NCBI GenBank assembly: GCA_977020255.1
Contig: CDROCS010000253.1
Location: 1,488,001 to 1,552,000 of the forward strand
Direction: 5' to 3'
Length of the DNA: 64,000 nt
Source: Obrimoposthia wandeli
Lineage: Eukaryota
Part shown: in pieces, positions 1 to 12,726 of the stretch
How positions within the stretch are numbered: the first letter of the stretch is position 1
Layout of the letters: each line of letters opens with the position of its first letter
Made by a program: the position numbers and the translations under genes
Notes under the pieces: generated by a model
What the model was told of the DNA's origin: nothing
Seen by the model: the letters and a program-made list of their open reading frames with translations, nothing else
Databases searched by the model: none

Positions 1-1
1 T

Positions 2-1168
2 ATTGTTGTTAATGCTAGCGATTACGATCGTGTATTAACAGAGTTAGATAACAACAATGATTCATTAACATATAAAACACGTTTTGATTTAGCGATTGCT
101 GCTTACGAGCACACCGCTAGCTACGACGGTATGATTGCCAACTACTTTGGTAAAATGTTACCAGCGTACGGTGAAACAGAATCTAAAGCTTCTTTAGAAA
201 ATAAAGTTAAGTTCCCACGTACTTTTAATAGCCAGTTTATTAAAACACAAGATTTACGTTACGGTGAAAACTCGCATCAAGATGCTGCTTTTTACAAAGA
301 AGCGAATCCTGAAGAGGCGTCAGTTTCTACCGCGACTCAATTACAAGGCAAAGCCTTATCTTATAACAACATTGCTGATACTGATGCAGCATTAGAATGT
401 GTTAAAGAATTTGACGAACCAGCTTGTGTTATCGTTAAGCATGCAAACCCATGTGGTGTTGCTATTGGAGATGATATTTTAGCGGCTTATGAAGGCGCTT
501 ATAAAACTGATCCTACTTCTGCTTTTGGTGGCATTATCGCATTTAACCGTGAGTTAGATGCAGATACGGCTGAAGCAATTGTTTCTCGTCAATTTGTTGA
601 AGTAATTATTGCACCAAGCGTTTCAGATGCTGCTGCACAAATTGTTGCTGCTAAACCTAACCTACGTTTATTAGAATGTGGCCAGTGGGATAATAAAACC
701 ACAGGTTTTGATTTTAAACGCGTTAACGGTGGTTTATTAGTACAAGACACAGATCAAGGTCGCGTAACAAGTGATGACTTAACGGTAGTAACTAAACGTC
801 AACCTACTGATGAAGAGATGCGTGATTTGCAATTTTGTTGGAAAGTAGCAAAATTTGTTAAATCTAACGCGATTGTTTACGTTAAAAACAGCTCTACTAT
901 CGGTGTTGGTGCAGGCCAAATGAGCCGCGTATACTCAGCGAAAGTTGCGGGTATTAAAGCTGCTGATGAAAACTTAGAAGTGAAAGGGTCAGTTATGGCC
1001 TCTGATGCATTCTTCCCATTCCGTGATGGTTTAGATGCTGCAGCTGAAGCAGGAATTACTGCTGTAATTCAGCCGGGTGGCTCTATGCGTGATGACGAAG
1101 TTATTGCCGCAGCAGACGAGCATAACATCGCGATGGTGTTCACAGGTATGCGTCACTTCCGCCATTAA
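2..1168 (+). CDS. purH: Bifunctional AICAR transformylase/IMP cyclohydrolase, 5'-truncated by the window edge
   Basis: Frame is open from nt 2 ([12 protein letters not shown]...). Contains [16 protein letters not shown] and GAGQMSRV motifs and the C-terminal [11 protein letters not shown]. The ORF-track start at 131 is an internal Met. Confidence 0.97.
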   Translation: MVVNASDYDRVLTELDNNNDSLTYKTRFDLAIAAYEHTASYDGMIANYFGKMLPAYGETESKASLENKVKFPRTFNSQFIKTQDLRYGENSHQDAAFYKEANPEEASVSTATQLQGKALSYNNIADTDAALECVKEFDEPACVIVKHANPCGVAIGDDILAAYEGAYKTDPTSAFGGIIAFNRELDADTAEAIVSRQFVEVIIAPSVSDAAAQIVAAKPNLRLLECGQWDNKTTGFDFKRVNGGLLVQDTDQGRVTSDDLTVVTKRQPTDEEMRDLQFCWKVAKFVKSNAIVYVKNSSTIGVGAGQMSRVYSAKVAGIKAADENLEVKGSVMASDAFFPFRDGLDAAAEAGITAVIQPGGSMRDDEVIAAADEHNIAMVFTGMRHFRH

Positions 1169-1182
1169 GATTGATTCTTGTC

Positions 1183-1266
1183 GCTGTTAGGCACAATTTA
1201 GTTGTCGAATGTACTCACTGACTAACGTCAGCTCCATGCTTTCTTCTATAAATTGAGACTAACAGC
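1183..1266. repeat. Imperfect intergenic palindrome (REP-like stem-loop)
   Basis: gctgttag..caattta pairs with taaattg..ctaacagc; inner hairpin ctgac-taac-gtcag at 1218-1231. A second inverted repeat agcagtgttgatt/aatcaacactgct lies at 1306-1365. Confidence 0.5.
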
Positions 1267-1468
1267 TTAAAGAGCTTTCCTTAAGGTGAGATAGAAGTAC
1301 AGAAGAGCAGTGTTGATTTATTTACTTACAATGAAAATTAGTATGGAAATACAATCAACACTGCTTGTTTGTTTTAAATCTGTTATAAATATGCCGTTAA
1401 TTAATATCTTAATCTCGATATTATAAATCTTGGACTAAATACTAATAATTCTTAGAAGGAAAATAGTT

Positions 1469-2317
1469 ATGACAATTAAATCAAACTCGCTTAAATCAAT
1501 TGCTATTGCAGTCACCCTAAGCTGTAGTGCATTAAGTTTATCTGCTATGGCGCATGACACCCATACACACGAAAATACTGTCTCAGTAAAAGCACTTGAA
1601 AATGCTGTTTCAGGCGATCACCGTACCGCTAAAAACAAAGCGCGTGATCAATACCGTCATCCTATTGAAACGTTGAACTTTTTTGGCTTTACGCCAAATA
1701 TGACTGTTGTTGAAATTACCCCAGGTGGTGGTTGGTACACTGAAATACTAGCTCCAGCCTTAAAAGGCACCGGTAAGCTATATGGTGCTCATTACCCTGA
1801 TACGGGTGAAGATAACTATTACAGTAATTCTCGTAAAAAATTAGTGAAGAAACTTGCTTCTGATGTTGTGTTCAGTGAAGTTGTTTTAACAGACTTTACC
1901 CCACGTCAAGAAAGTGAATTAGCACCACAAGGTACTGCGGATCTAATTCTAACGTTTAGAAATCTTCATAACTGGAAAGATGCTGGTGTAGAGCAAGTGT
2001 TTAAAGATGCTTTCACTGCACTTAAGCCAGGCGGCGTTTTAGGTATCGTTGAGCACAGATTACCTGCAGGTGTTAGCCCAGAAAAAGCTAGAGGCTACGT
2101 CTCTGAAGTACACACTATTAAACAAGCCAAAGCGGCTGGTTTTAGGTTTGCTGGTTCATCTGAAGTTAATGCAAATGCAAAAGATTTAGCTATTCATCCA
2201 AAAGGTGTGTGGACATTACCGCCGCGTTTAGCACTTGAAGACAAAGACAGAGCAAAATATTTAGCGATTGGCGAAAGCGATCGCATGACATTAAAATTTG
2301 TTAAACCAGCCAAGTAA
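1469..2317 (+). CDS. Predicted exported class I SAM-dependent methyltransferase (COG4798-like)
   Basis: Sec-type signal peptide (…SALSLSAMA|HDTHTHE); motif I-like VVEITPGGGWYTEIL; ADLILTFRNLHNW; LKPGGVLGIVEHR; C-terminal GESDRMTLKFVKP; RBS aggaa upstream. Confidence 0.8.
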   Translation: MTIKSNSLKSIAIAVTLSCSALSLSAMAHDTHTHENTVSVKALENAVSGDHRTAKNKARDQYRHPIETLNFFGFTPNMTVVEITPGGGWYTEILAPALKGTGKLYGAHYPDTGEDNYYSNSRKKLVKKLASDVVFSEVVLTDFTPRQESELAPQGTADLILTFRNLHNWKDAGVEQVFKDAFTALKPGGVLGIVEHRLPAGVSPEKARGYVSEVHTIKQAKAAGFRFAGSSEVNANAKDLAIHPKGVWTLPPRLALEDKDRAKYLAIGESDRMTLKFVKPAK

Positions 2318-2357
2318 TTGCTGATTTAGCGCAAAAGAAAATACATAGGAAAAACAT

Positions 2358-3653
2358 ATGAAAATCTTAGTTATTGGCGGCGGTGGTCGTGAACATGCAT
2401 TAGCGTGGAAAGCGGCTCAATCAAGTCAGGTTACTAAAGTGTTTGTTGCCCCAGGTAATGCGGGTACAGCAACTGAAGCCAAATTAGAAAATGTTGCTAT
2501 CGATATTAGCGACAATGCTGCCCTAGTTGCTTTTGCTCAAAGTGAAGATGTTGCCTTAACTATTGTTGGTCCAGAACAACCACTTGTTGATGGTGTTGTT
2601 GATGCTTTTCAAGCGCAAGGTTTAGCTATTTTTGGCCCAAGTGCTAAAGCTGCTCAGCTTGAAGGTTCAAAGTCATTTACTAAAGACTTCCTAGCACGTA
2701 ATAAAATTCCTTCAGGTAGTTATGCAAAATTCACTGAAGTTGAACCTGCATTGGCTTATGTTCGTGAACAAGGTGCACCAATCGTTGTTAAAGCAGATGG
2801 TTTAGCAGCAGGTAAAGGCGTTATCGTTGCACTGACATTAACAGAAGCAGAAGACGCGATTACAGATATGCTAGCGGGTAATGCATTTGGTGATGCTGGC
2901 CATCGCGTAGTAATTGAAGAGTTTCTAGAAGGTGAAGAAGCAAGTTTTATCGTAATGGTTGATGGTAAAAATGTTTTACCAATGGCAACAAGCCAAGACC
3001 ATAAGCGTGCATTAAATGGTGACTTAGGTCCTAATACGGGTGGCATGGGCGCATATTCCCCAGCACCGGTAGTAACACCTGAAATCCATGATCGTATTAT
3101 GGCCGAAGTTATTATGCCAACGGTTGAAGGTATGGCAGCTGAGGATGCACCTTATAGTGGCTTCTTATATGCAGGTCTAATGATAGCAAGCGATGGTACA
3201 CCAAACGTTATTGAATATAACTGTCGTTTTGGTGATCCTGAAACACAACCTATCATGATGCGCTTACAATCAGATTTAGTTGAGTTATGTTTAGCTGCTA
3301 CCCGTGGAGAACTAGATAAAGTAACCATTGATTTTGATAGTCGTGCTGCTGTTGGTGTTGTACTTGCCGCACAAGGCTATCCAGCGAATTATCCTAAAGG
3401 TGATGTTATTTCAGGTTTAGAGTCAAACAGTAATGTATCAGCCAAAACATTTCATGCCGGTACTCAGTTAAACGAGCAAGGTGAAGTAGTGACTAATGGT
3501 GGTCGTGTACTATGTGCTACCGCATTAGGTAATACAGTAACCGAAGCACAACAAAGCGCTTATGAGTTACTACACCAAATTACATGGCAAGGTGTAGGCT
3601 TCAGAACTGACATTGCTTATCGCGCTATTGAACGTGAACAAGAAAATAGCTAA
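2358..3653 (+). CDS. purD: Phosphoribosylamine-glycine ligase
   Basis: MKILVIGGGGREHALAWK, KADGLAAGKGV, GPNTGGMGAYSP, EYNCRFGDPE and TNGGRV motifs. Confidence 0.98.
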   Translation: MKILVIGGGGREHALAWKAAQSSQVTKVFVAPGNAGTATEAKLENVAIDISDNAALVAFAQSEDVALTIVGPEQPLVDGVVDAFQAQGLAIFGPSAKAAQLEGSKSFTKDFLARNKIPSGSYAKFTEVEPALAYVREQGAPIVVKADGLAAGKGVIVALTLTEAEDAITDMLAGNAFGDAGHRVVIEEFLEGEEASFIVMVDGKNVLPMATSQDHKRALNGDLGPNTGGMGAYSPAPVVTPEIHDRIMAEVIMPTVEGMAAEDAPYSGFLYAGLMIASDGTPNVIEYNCRFGDPETQPIMMRLQSDLVELCLAATRGELDKVTIDFDSRAAVGVVLAAQGYPANYPKGDVISGLESNSNVSAKTFHAGTQLNEQGEVVTNGGRVLCATALGNTVTEAQQSAYELLHQITWQGVGFRTDIAYRAIEREQENS

Positions 3654-3733
3654 CTAAAGCGATAGATAAGTAAGGTAGAAAGATCACCTTTATGATCTAG
3701 CTCTTTTTACCCTATGATCATTTAAAACTGTTT

Positions 3734-3762
3734 AAAAAACCGACCTTAGTGTCGGTTTTTTT
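3734..3762 (+). terminator. Rho-independent terminator after purD (likely bidirectional)
   Basis: aaaaaaccgac-cttagt-gtcggttttttt. Confidence 0.85.
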
Positions 3763-4113
3763 ATTATTGAATGGAAAGTAAGGTTATTACCTCGCTTTAT
3801 ATGCATGTTTAAAGGTAATTAAGAGTAGGTTAAAAGCATTAACAAAAGTGAGAGTTCAGTCATAAATTGACCAAGGATCCTTTGTGATCGTGCCATGTAG
3901 CCCAATAAGAAAGCTATATGTTCAATAAACGCCCGAACAAGCATAAGGATGAAAATAACCCTTGCTCAAAAATGAAAAGTCTCTAAAATGCGTCATCAGT
4001 TCCAAGGGGTAACCCAAAGAGCTGTTTTGATACGTTATCTACGCGCTTTAGCGGTAAATAATGTAAGTTAACATCAAGTTTTAAATGTTTTTCGAAATGA
4101 TTTAAAATAAACG

Positions 4114-4141
4114 TTGACATCAAAATTAAGGAGCGTATTAT
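4114..4141 (+). promoter_or_regulatory. rRNA promoter, operon 1
   Basis: TTGACA-16 bp-TATTAT with an AT-rich UP region upstream; the 16 bp spacer is typical of rrn promoters. Confidence 0.85.
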
Positions 4142-4258
4142 ATGCCTCCTGCTTCGGGGCAACAGCAACGAGCAACACTGATTAACCACACGGTTTTCAG
4201 TTCAGGTGAAGAGCGAATGCGACTCTCATCTACGTTTACTTACTATATGTAACAAACG

Positions 4259-4270
4259 TTTTCTTTAACA
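4259..4270 (+). promoter_or_regulatory. boxA-like antitermination site in rrn leader (repeated in all four leaders and in each ITS, e.g. 6402-6413)
   Basis: TTTTCTTTAACA / AGTTCTTTAACA compared with the E. coli boxA TGCTCTTTAACA. Confidence 0.75.
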
Positions 4271-4506
4271 ATTAGTTATCATGCAATTTGTGTGAATACT
4301 CACATTACTTGTTTTTACATAGTTTTCCTTTCGAGGAGAACAAAAAAACGCTTAATGAATGATGTTCATGCAAATAAATACAAGTTACTTATTTCTAGCG
4401 AGATAGGTAACGACTATGTAATGCGATACTAACTTCGGTTGGTATCACGACAGAATTCATTGAGCAGTAACACATCGCTTGCGATGAGGTTACACAAACG
4501 ATTTTT

Positions 4507-4800
4507 AATTGAAGAGTTTGATCATGGCTCAGATTGAACGCTGGCGGCAGGCTTAACACATGCAAGTCGAGCGGTAACAGAGATAGCTTGCTATCTGCTG
4601 ACGAGCGGCGGACGGGTGAGTAATGCTTGGGAATATGCCTTATGGTGGGGGACAACAGTTGGAAACGACTGCTAATACCGCATAACGTCTACGGACCAAA
4701 GGGGGGGATTCTTCGGAACCTCTCGCCATTTGATTAGCCCAAGTGAGATTAGCTAGTTGGTGAGGTAATGGCTCACCAAGGCGACGATCTCTAGCTGGTT

Positions 4801-4874
<74 letters not shown>

Positions 4875-5285
4875 CACAATGGGCGAAAGCCTGATGCAGC
4901 CATGCCGCGTGTGTGAAGAAGGCCTTCGGGTTGTAAAGCACTTTCAGTTGTGAGGAAAGGGGTGTAGTTAATAGCTGCATTCTGTGACGTTAACAACAGA
5001 AGAAGCACCGGCTAACTTCGTGCCAGCAGCCGCGGTAATACGAGGGGTGCAAGCGTTAATCGGAATTACTGGGCGTAAAGCGTTCGTAGGCGGTCTATTA
5101 AGCAAGATGTGAAAGCCCAGGGCTCAACCTTGGAACTGCATTTTGAACTGGTAGACTAGAGTACTGTAGAGGGTGGTGGAATTTCCAGTGTAGCGGTGAA
5201 ATGCGTAGAGATTGGAAGGAACATCAGTGGCGAAGGCGGCCACCTGGACAGATACTGACGCTGAGGAACGAAAGCGTGGGGAGCG

Positions 5286-5326
<41 letters not shown>

Positions 5327-5420
5327 TCAACTAGCCGTTTGTGGACTTGATCCGTGAGTGGCGCAGCTAACGCACTAAGTTGACCGCCTGGGAGTACGGC
5401 CGCAAGGTTAAAACTCAAAT

Positions 5421-5470
<50 letters not shown>

Positions 5471-5547
5471 CAACGCGAAGAACCTTACCATCCCTTGACA
5501 TCCACAGAAGAGACCAGAGATGGACTTGTGCCTTCGGGAACTGTGTG

Positions 5548-5579
<32 letters not shown>

Positions 5580-5585
5580 TGTGAA

Positions 5586-5620
<35 letters not shown>

Positions 5621-5661
5621 ATCCTTATTTGCCAGCGAGTTATGTCGGGAACTTTAGGGAG

Positions 5662-5714
<53 letters not shown>

Positions 5715-5807
5715 CTTACGGGATGGGCTACACACGTGCTACAATGGCGTATACAGAGTGCTGCAATACCGCGAGGTGGAGCGAATCACACAAAGTACGT
5801 CGTAGTC

Positions 5808-5858
<51 letters not shown>

Positions 5859-5869
5859 TAGATCAGAAT

Positions 5870-5926
<57 letters not shown>

Positions 5927-5985
5927 GGATGCAAAAGAAGTGGCTAGTTTAACCTTTCGGGGAGGACGGTCACCACTTTGTGTTT

Positions 5986-6016
<31 letters not shown>

Positions 6017-6049
6017 CCTAGGGGAACCTGGGGTTGGATCACCTCCTTA
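4507..6049 (+). rRNA. rrs: 16S rRNA, copy 1
   Basis: AGAGTTTGATCATGGCTCAG near the 5' end, GTGCCAGCAGCCGCGGTAA internally, GGATCACCTCCTTA at the 3' end. Confidence 0.99.
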
Positions 6050-6135
6050 TCTTGAAGTAAAATTGCTTAATGGAAACTTCGGTTTCACGAGTGTTCACAC
6101 AAATTACATGATAACAAATTGAAAGATACCCTGAT

Positions 6136-6211
6136 GGGGCTATAGCTCAGCTGGGAGAGCGCCTGCCTTGCACGCAGGAGGTCAGCAGTTCGATCCTGCT
6201 TAGCTCCACCA
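6136..6211 (+). tRNA. tRNA-Ala (UGC), ITS of operon 1
   Basis: 76 nt cloverleaf, TGC anticodon, G3:U70 identity pair, encoded CCA. Confidence 0.98.
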
Positions 6212-6724
6212 TCTTGATTTTTACAGCGTTACTTGAATCCTCGTGTAAGAGAAACTACACGTCGCATTCAAAAGCCTTGTAAAACACAAGATAGCCACTT
6301 GATATCTTTTAACTAAAGAAAAAGACCAAACTTAAAACATCATTTGATGATGAGTTAAGTTTGGTTTTCGCCACTTTTTAACCGAATGCGTGTTAAGAAT
6401 GAGTTCTTTAACAATCTGGAAAGCTGATATAAATATCGGTATTTATATAACAAACACGGTGTCGCGCTGCTGTTTGTTACAGTATAAATACCAAGCTGTT
6501 GTTACATTCTCTTATCGTGAATGTAGTAATGGTGATAGTGCATCCCCCCAAGGATGTATTATCGAATTCATACTACTCGAAAGAGTAAGATGTCTTATCA
6601 AGTAACTCATCCCATGTCTTCGGATATGGTGAGTACGTGAAAATGTCAGACTTTACAATTACCCCGGATTAGTCTCCAGGGTGTACTTCGTGTCCATCTT
6701 TGATGAGACTACTTAGGGTTGTAT

Positions 6725-7689
6725 GGTTAAGTGACTAAGCGTATGTGGTGGATGCCTTGGCAGTTAGAGGCGATGAAGGACGTGTTAATCTGCGAAAAGC
6801 GTTGGTGAGGTGATAAAAACCGTTATAGCCAACGATGTCCGAATGGGGAAACCCACTTAGCATAAGCTAGGTATCGTTACGTGAATACATAGCGTAACGA
6901 AGCGAACCGGGAGAACTGAAACATCTAAGTACCCCGAGGAAAAGAAATCAACCGAGATTTCGTTAGTAGCGGCGAGCGAACGCGAATCAGCCCTTAAGCT
7001 TATTGGGCGCTAGTGGAATGTTCTGGAAAGGACAACGATACAGGGTGATAGTCCCGTACACAAAAATGAATTTACAGTGAAATCGAGTAGGACGGAGCAC
7101 GTGAAACTTTGTCTGAATATGGGGGGACCATCCTCCAAGGCTAAATACTACTAACTGACCGATAGTGAACCAGTACCGTGAGGGAAAGGCGAAAAGAACC
7201 CCTGTGAGGGGAGTGAAATAGAACCTGAAACCGCATACGTACAAGCAGTGGGAGCCCGATTTAGTCGGGTGACTGCGTACCTTTTGTATAATGGGTCAGC
7301 GACTTATATTCTGTAGCAAGGTTAACCGATTAGGGGAGCCGTAGCGAAAGCGAGTGTTAACTGCGCGTTTAGTTGCAGGGTATAGACCCGAAACCCGGCG
7401 ATCTACCCATGGGCAGGTTGAAGGTTGAGTAACATCAACTGGAGGACCGAACACACGTATGTTGAAAAATGCGGTGATGACTTGTGGGTCGGAGTGAAAG
7501 GCTAATCAAGCCGGGAGATAGCTGGTTCTCCCCGAAATCTATTTAGGTAGAGCCTCGCACGAACACCATTGGGGGTAGAGCACTGTTAAGGCTAGGGGGT
7601 CATCCCGACTTACCAACCCTTTGCAAACTCCGAATACCAATGAGTGATATGCGGGAGACACACTGCGGGTGCTAACGTCCGTTGTGAAG

Positions 7690-7722
<33 letters not shown>

Positions 7723-8597
7723 AAAGTACTAGTTAAGTGGGAAACGATGTGGAAAGGCATAGACAGCTAGGAGGTTGGCTTAGAAGCAGCCATCCTTTAA
7801 AGAAAGCGTAATAGCTCACTAGTCGAGTCGGTCTGCGCGGAAGATGTAACGGGGCTAAACTAGTCACCGAAGCTGCGGATTTGCAATTTATTGCAAGTGG
7901 TAGGGGAGCGTTCTGTAAGCCGTTGAAGGTGAATTGAGAAGTTTGCTGGAGGTATCAGAAGTGCGAATGCTGACATGAGTAACGATAAGGGGAGTGAAAA
8001 ACTCCCCGCCGAAAGCCCAAGGTTTCCTGTCCCATGTTAATCAGGGCAGGGTAAGTCGGCCCCTAAGGCGAGGCGGAAACGCGTAGTCGATGGGAAACAG
8101 ATTAATATTTCTGTACTTCTATATATTGCGAAGGAGGGACGGAGAGGCTAGATGAGCACGGCGTTGGTAGTCCGTGTGAAAGATAGTAGGTGGTTGACTT
8201 AGGTAAATCCGGGTCTTCATTCAACACTGAGAGTCGAGACGAGTCACTACGGTGATGAAGTCATTGATGCCATGCTTCCAGGAAAAGCTTCTAAGCTTCA
8301 GATATATAGGAACCGTACCCCAAACCGACACAGGTGGTTAGGTAGAGAATACTAAGGCGCTTGAGAGAACTCGGGTGAAGGAACTAGGCAAAATAGTACC
8401 GTAACTTCGGGAGAAGGTACGCTGCTCAACGTTAAACCCTTGCGGTGTAAGCGAAGAGTAGTCGAAGTAACCAGGTGGCTGGAACTGTTTATTAAAAACA
8501 CAGCACTGTGCAAAATCGAAAGATGACGTATACGGTGTGACGCCTGCCCGGTGCCGGAAGGTTAATTGATTCGGTTAGTCCTCGGACGAAGCTGATG

Positions 8598-8692
<95 letters not shown>

Positions 8693-8953
8693 CATGGCCA
8701 CACTGTCTCCACCCGAGACTCAGTGAAATTGAATTTGCGGTTAAGATGCCGTATACCCGCGGCTAGACGGAAAGACCCCGTGAACCTTTACTATAGCTTG
8801 ACAGTGAACATTGCTCCTACATGTGTAGGATAGGTGGGAGGCTTTGAAACCATGTCGCTAGATGTGGTGGAGCCAATCTTGAAATACCACCCTTGTATGC
8901 GTGATGTTCTAACCTAGGGCCCTTATCGGGCTTGGGGACACTGTCTGGTGGGT

Positions 8954-8996
<43 letters not shown>

Positions 8997-9074
8997 ACGA
9001 AGGTTGGCTAAGTACGGTCGGACATCGTACGGTTAGTGCAATGGCATAAGCCAGCTTAACTGCGAGACAGACAC

Positions 9075-9173
<99 letters not shown>

Positions 9174-9202
9174 ACCGCCCAAGAGTTCATATCGACGGCG
9201 GT

Positions 9203-9245
<43 letters not shown>

Positions 9246-9247
9246 TC

Positions 9248-9280
<33 letters not shown>

Positions 9281-9449
9281 TGGTACGCGAGCTGGGTTTA
9301 GAACGTCGTGAGACAGTTCGGTCCCTATCTGCCGTGGGCGTTTGAGAATTGAAGAGGGCTGCTCCTAGTACGAGAGGACCGGAGTGGACGAACCACTGGT
9401 GTTCGGGTTGTCATGCCAATGGCATTGCCCGGTAGCTACGTTCGGAACT

Positions 9450-9480
<31 letters not shown>

Positions 9481-9617
9481 AGGCTTTGAGATGAGTTCTC
9501 ACTGGGACTTTAAGTCCCCTAAAGGGTCGTTGGAGACTACAACGTTGATAGGTCAGGTGTGTAAGTGCTGCGAGGCATTGAGCTAACTGATACTAATTGC
9601 CCGTGAGGCTTAACCAT
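6725..9617 (+). rRNA. rrl: 23S rRNA, copy 1
   Basis: Starts GGTTAAGTGACTAAGCG; peptidyl-transferase region and sarcin-ricin loop CTAGTACGAGAGGACCGG; ends GAGGCTTAACCAT. Confidence 0.99.
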
Positions 9618-9786
9618 ACAACACCCAAGTAGTTTTGCTGAAAAGTGAACTGATAAGTGATTTGTATAAAGACTGACAACTACATAAAATGTAAAATCAC
9701 GTACTTACGTGTTACTTGAACCAGAATAAAGAACAAAACGATATTTATAGCTCATTGAGCAAAGCTTTCTAAGATTGTCCCCTTTT

Positions 9787-9904
9787 TGTTTAGCGACAAT
9801 AGCGCTGTGGCCCCACCTGATCCCTTTCCGAACTCAGAAGTGAAACGCAGTTGCGCCGATGGTAGTGTGGGAGTTCCCATGTGAGAGTAGGACATTGCTA
9901 GACT
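9787..9904 (+). rRNA. rrf: 5S rRNA, copy 1
   Basis: CCACCTGA..CCGAACTCAGAAGTGAAACG..CGCCGATGGTAGTGTGGG..CCCATGTGAGAGTAGG. Confidence 0.97.
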
Positions 9905-9926
9905 TCTATTTAGTTTGATAGTGAAT

Positions 9927-9973
9927 CGCAACAGCGCCGATGGTAGTGTGACTTATGTCGCAGTAAAGCCCAT
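9927..9973 (+). pseudogene. 5S rRNA-derived remnant (3' half, variant allele)
   Basis: cgcaacagcgccgatggtagtgtg-acttatgtcgcagtaaag-cccat; no 5' half of 5S in front of it. Confidence 0.55.
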
Positions 9974-9988
9974 ACTTCTAATTTGAGC

Positions 9989-10012
9989 AGCCCGTTACAT
10001 TGGTAACGGGCT
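9989..10012 (+). other. GC-rich hairpin without U-tract at the operon 1/2 junction
   Basis: agcccgttac-attg-gtaacgggct followed by acttgag, not by a T run. Confidence 0.8.
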
Positions 10013-10114
10013 ACTTGAGAAACACTATTTGTTAACTTAATTGCCTGATAAATGAGCGATTAATGTAAAAAATACTGTTTTATAAAATACTTACTTTCTT
10101 TATGAAACTAAGTG

Positions 10115-10142
10115 TTGACAATAAAACTGAGAGGCGTATTAT
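10115..10142 (+). promoter_or_regulatory. rRNA promoter, operon 2
   Basis: TTGACA-16 bp-TATTAT followed by GC-rich discriminator gcgcacc. Confidence 0.88.
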
Positions 10143-10490
10143 GCGCACCTCGCTCAGGCAAGGCCTGAGGTAAAGACGCTAACGAATGCGATTAGCGTCT
10201 GTCTTTCATAGCAATATGAACAGATATTTTTCTTTAACAATTAGTTATCATGCAATTTGTGTGAGCACTCACATTATGTTGTTTTACATAGTTTTCCTTT
10301 CGGGGAGAACAAAAAAAACGCTTAATGAATGCTGTTCATGCAAATAAATATAGTTACGTATCTTTAGTTAGGTAGGTAGCGACTATGTAATGCGATACTT
10401 ACTTCGCCTTTTATTAGGTGGATAAGTATCACGACAGAATTCATTGAGCAGTAACACATCGCTTGCGATGAGGTTACACAAACGATTTTT

Positions 10491-10784
10491 AATTGAAGAG
10501 TTTGATCATGGCTCAGATTGAACGCTGGCGGCAGGCTTAACACATGCAAGTCGAGCGGTAACAGAGATAGCTTGCTATCTGCTGACGAGCGGCGGACGGG
10601 TGAGTAATGCTTGGGAATATGCCTTATGGTGGGGGACAACAGTTGGAAACGACTGCTAATACCGCATAACGTCTACGGACCAAAGGGGGGGATTCTTCGG
10701 AACCTCTCGCCATTTGATTAGCCCAAGTGAGATTAGCTAGTTGGTGAGGTAATGGCTCACCAAGGCGACGATCTCTAGCTGGTT

Positions 10785-10858
<74 letters not shown>

Positions 10859-11268
10859 CACAATGGGCGAAAGCCTGATGCAGCCATGCCGCGTGTGTGA
10901 AGAAGGCCTTCGGGTTGTAAAGCACTTTCAGTTGTGAGGAAAGGGGAGTAGTTAATAGCTGCTTCCTGTGACGTTAACAACAGAAGAAGCACCGGCTAAC
11001 TTCGTGCCAGCAGCCGCGGTAATACGAGGGGTGCAAGCGTTAATCGGAATTACTGGGCGTAAAGCGTTCGTAGGCGGTCTATTAAGCAAGATGTGAAAGC
11101 CCAGGGCTCAACCTTGGAACTGCATTTTGAACTGGTAGACTAGAGTACTGTAGAGGGTGGTGGAATTTCCAGTGTAGCGGTGAAATGCGTAGAGATTGGA
11201 AGGAACATCAGTGGCGAAGGCGGCCACCTGGACAGATACTGACGCTGAGGAACAAAGCGTGGGGAGCG

Positions 11269-11309
<41 letters not shown>

Positions 11310-11404
11310 TCAACTAGCCGTTTGTGGACTTGATCCGTGAGTGGCGCAGCTAACGCACTAAGTTGACCGCCTGGGGAGTACGGCCGCAAGGTTAAAACTC
11401 AAAT

Positions 11405-11454
<50 letters not shown>

Positions 11455-11531
11455 CAACGCGAAGAACCTTACCATCCCTTGACATCCACAGAAGAGACCA
11501 GAGATGGACTTGTGCCTTCGGGAACTGTGTG

Positions 11532-11563
<32 letters not shown>

Positions 11564-11569
11564 TGTGAA

Positions 11570-11604
<35 letters not shown>

Positions 11605-11645
11605 ATCCTTATTTGCCAGCGCGTTATGGCGGGAACTCTAAGGAG

Positions 11646-11698
<53 letters not shown>

Positions 11699-11791
11699 CT
11701 TACGGGATGGGCTACACACGTGCTACAATGGCGTATACAGAGTGCTGCAATACCGCGAGGTGGAGCGAATCACACAAAGTACGTCGTAGTC

Positions 11792-11842
<51 letters not shown>

Positions 11843-11853
11843 TAGATCAGAAT

Positions 11854-11910
<57 letters not shown>

Positions 11911-11969
11911 GGATGCAAAAGAAGTGGCTAGTTTAACCTTTCGGGGAGGACGGTCACCACTTTGTGTTT

Positions 11970-12000
<31 letters not shown>

Positions 12001-12033
12001 CCTAGGGGAACCTGGGGTTGGATCACCTCCTTA
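10491..12033 (+). rRNA. rrs: 16S rRNA, copy 2
   Basis: Near-identical to copy 1; conserved terminal motifs present. Confidence 0.99.
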
Positions 12034-12130
12034 TCTTGAAGTAAAATTGCTTAATGGAAATCAGTTTTCGGATTGTATTTCACGAGTGTTCACACAAATT
12101 ACATGATAACAAATTGAAAGATACCCTGAT

Positions 12131-12206
12131 GGGGCTATAGCTCAGCTGGGAGAGCGCCTGCCTTGCACGCAGGAGGTCAGCAGTTCGATCCTGCTTAGCT
12201 CCACCA
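12131..12206 (+). tRNA. tRNA-Ala (UGC), ITS of operon 2
   Basis: Identical to the tRNA at 6136-6211. Confidence 0.98.
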
Positions 12207-12726
12207 TCTTGATTTTTACAGCGTTACTTGAATCCTCGTGTAAGAGAAACTACACGTCGCATTCAAAAGCCTTGTAAAACACAAGATAGCCACTTGATAT
12301 CTTTTAACTAAAGAAAGAGACCAAACTTAAAACATCATTTGATGATGAGTTAAGTTTGGTTTTTTAAACCACGAATTATGCCGAATGTGTGCTGATTTGA
12401 AGTTCTTTAACAATCTGGAAAGCTGATATAAATATCGGTATTTATATGCTGAACACGGTGTCGCGCTGTTGTTCAGGTGATTATAAATACCAAGCTGTTG
12501 TTACATTCTCTTATCGTGAATGTAGTAATGGTGATAGTGCATCCCCCCAAGGATGTATTATCGAATTCATACTACTCGAAAGAGTAAGATGTCTTATCAA
12601 GTAACTCATCGTATATCTTCGGATATACTGAGTACGTGAAAATGTCAGACTTTACAATTGCCTTGGATTAGTCTCCGGGGCGCACTTCGTTTTCAAATCT
12701 TCGGATGAGACTACTTAGGGTTGTAT

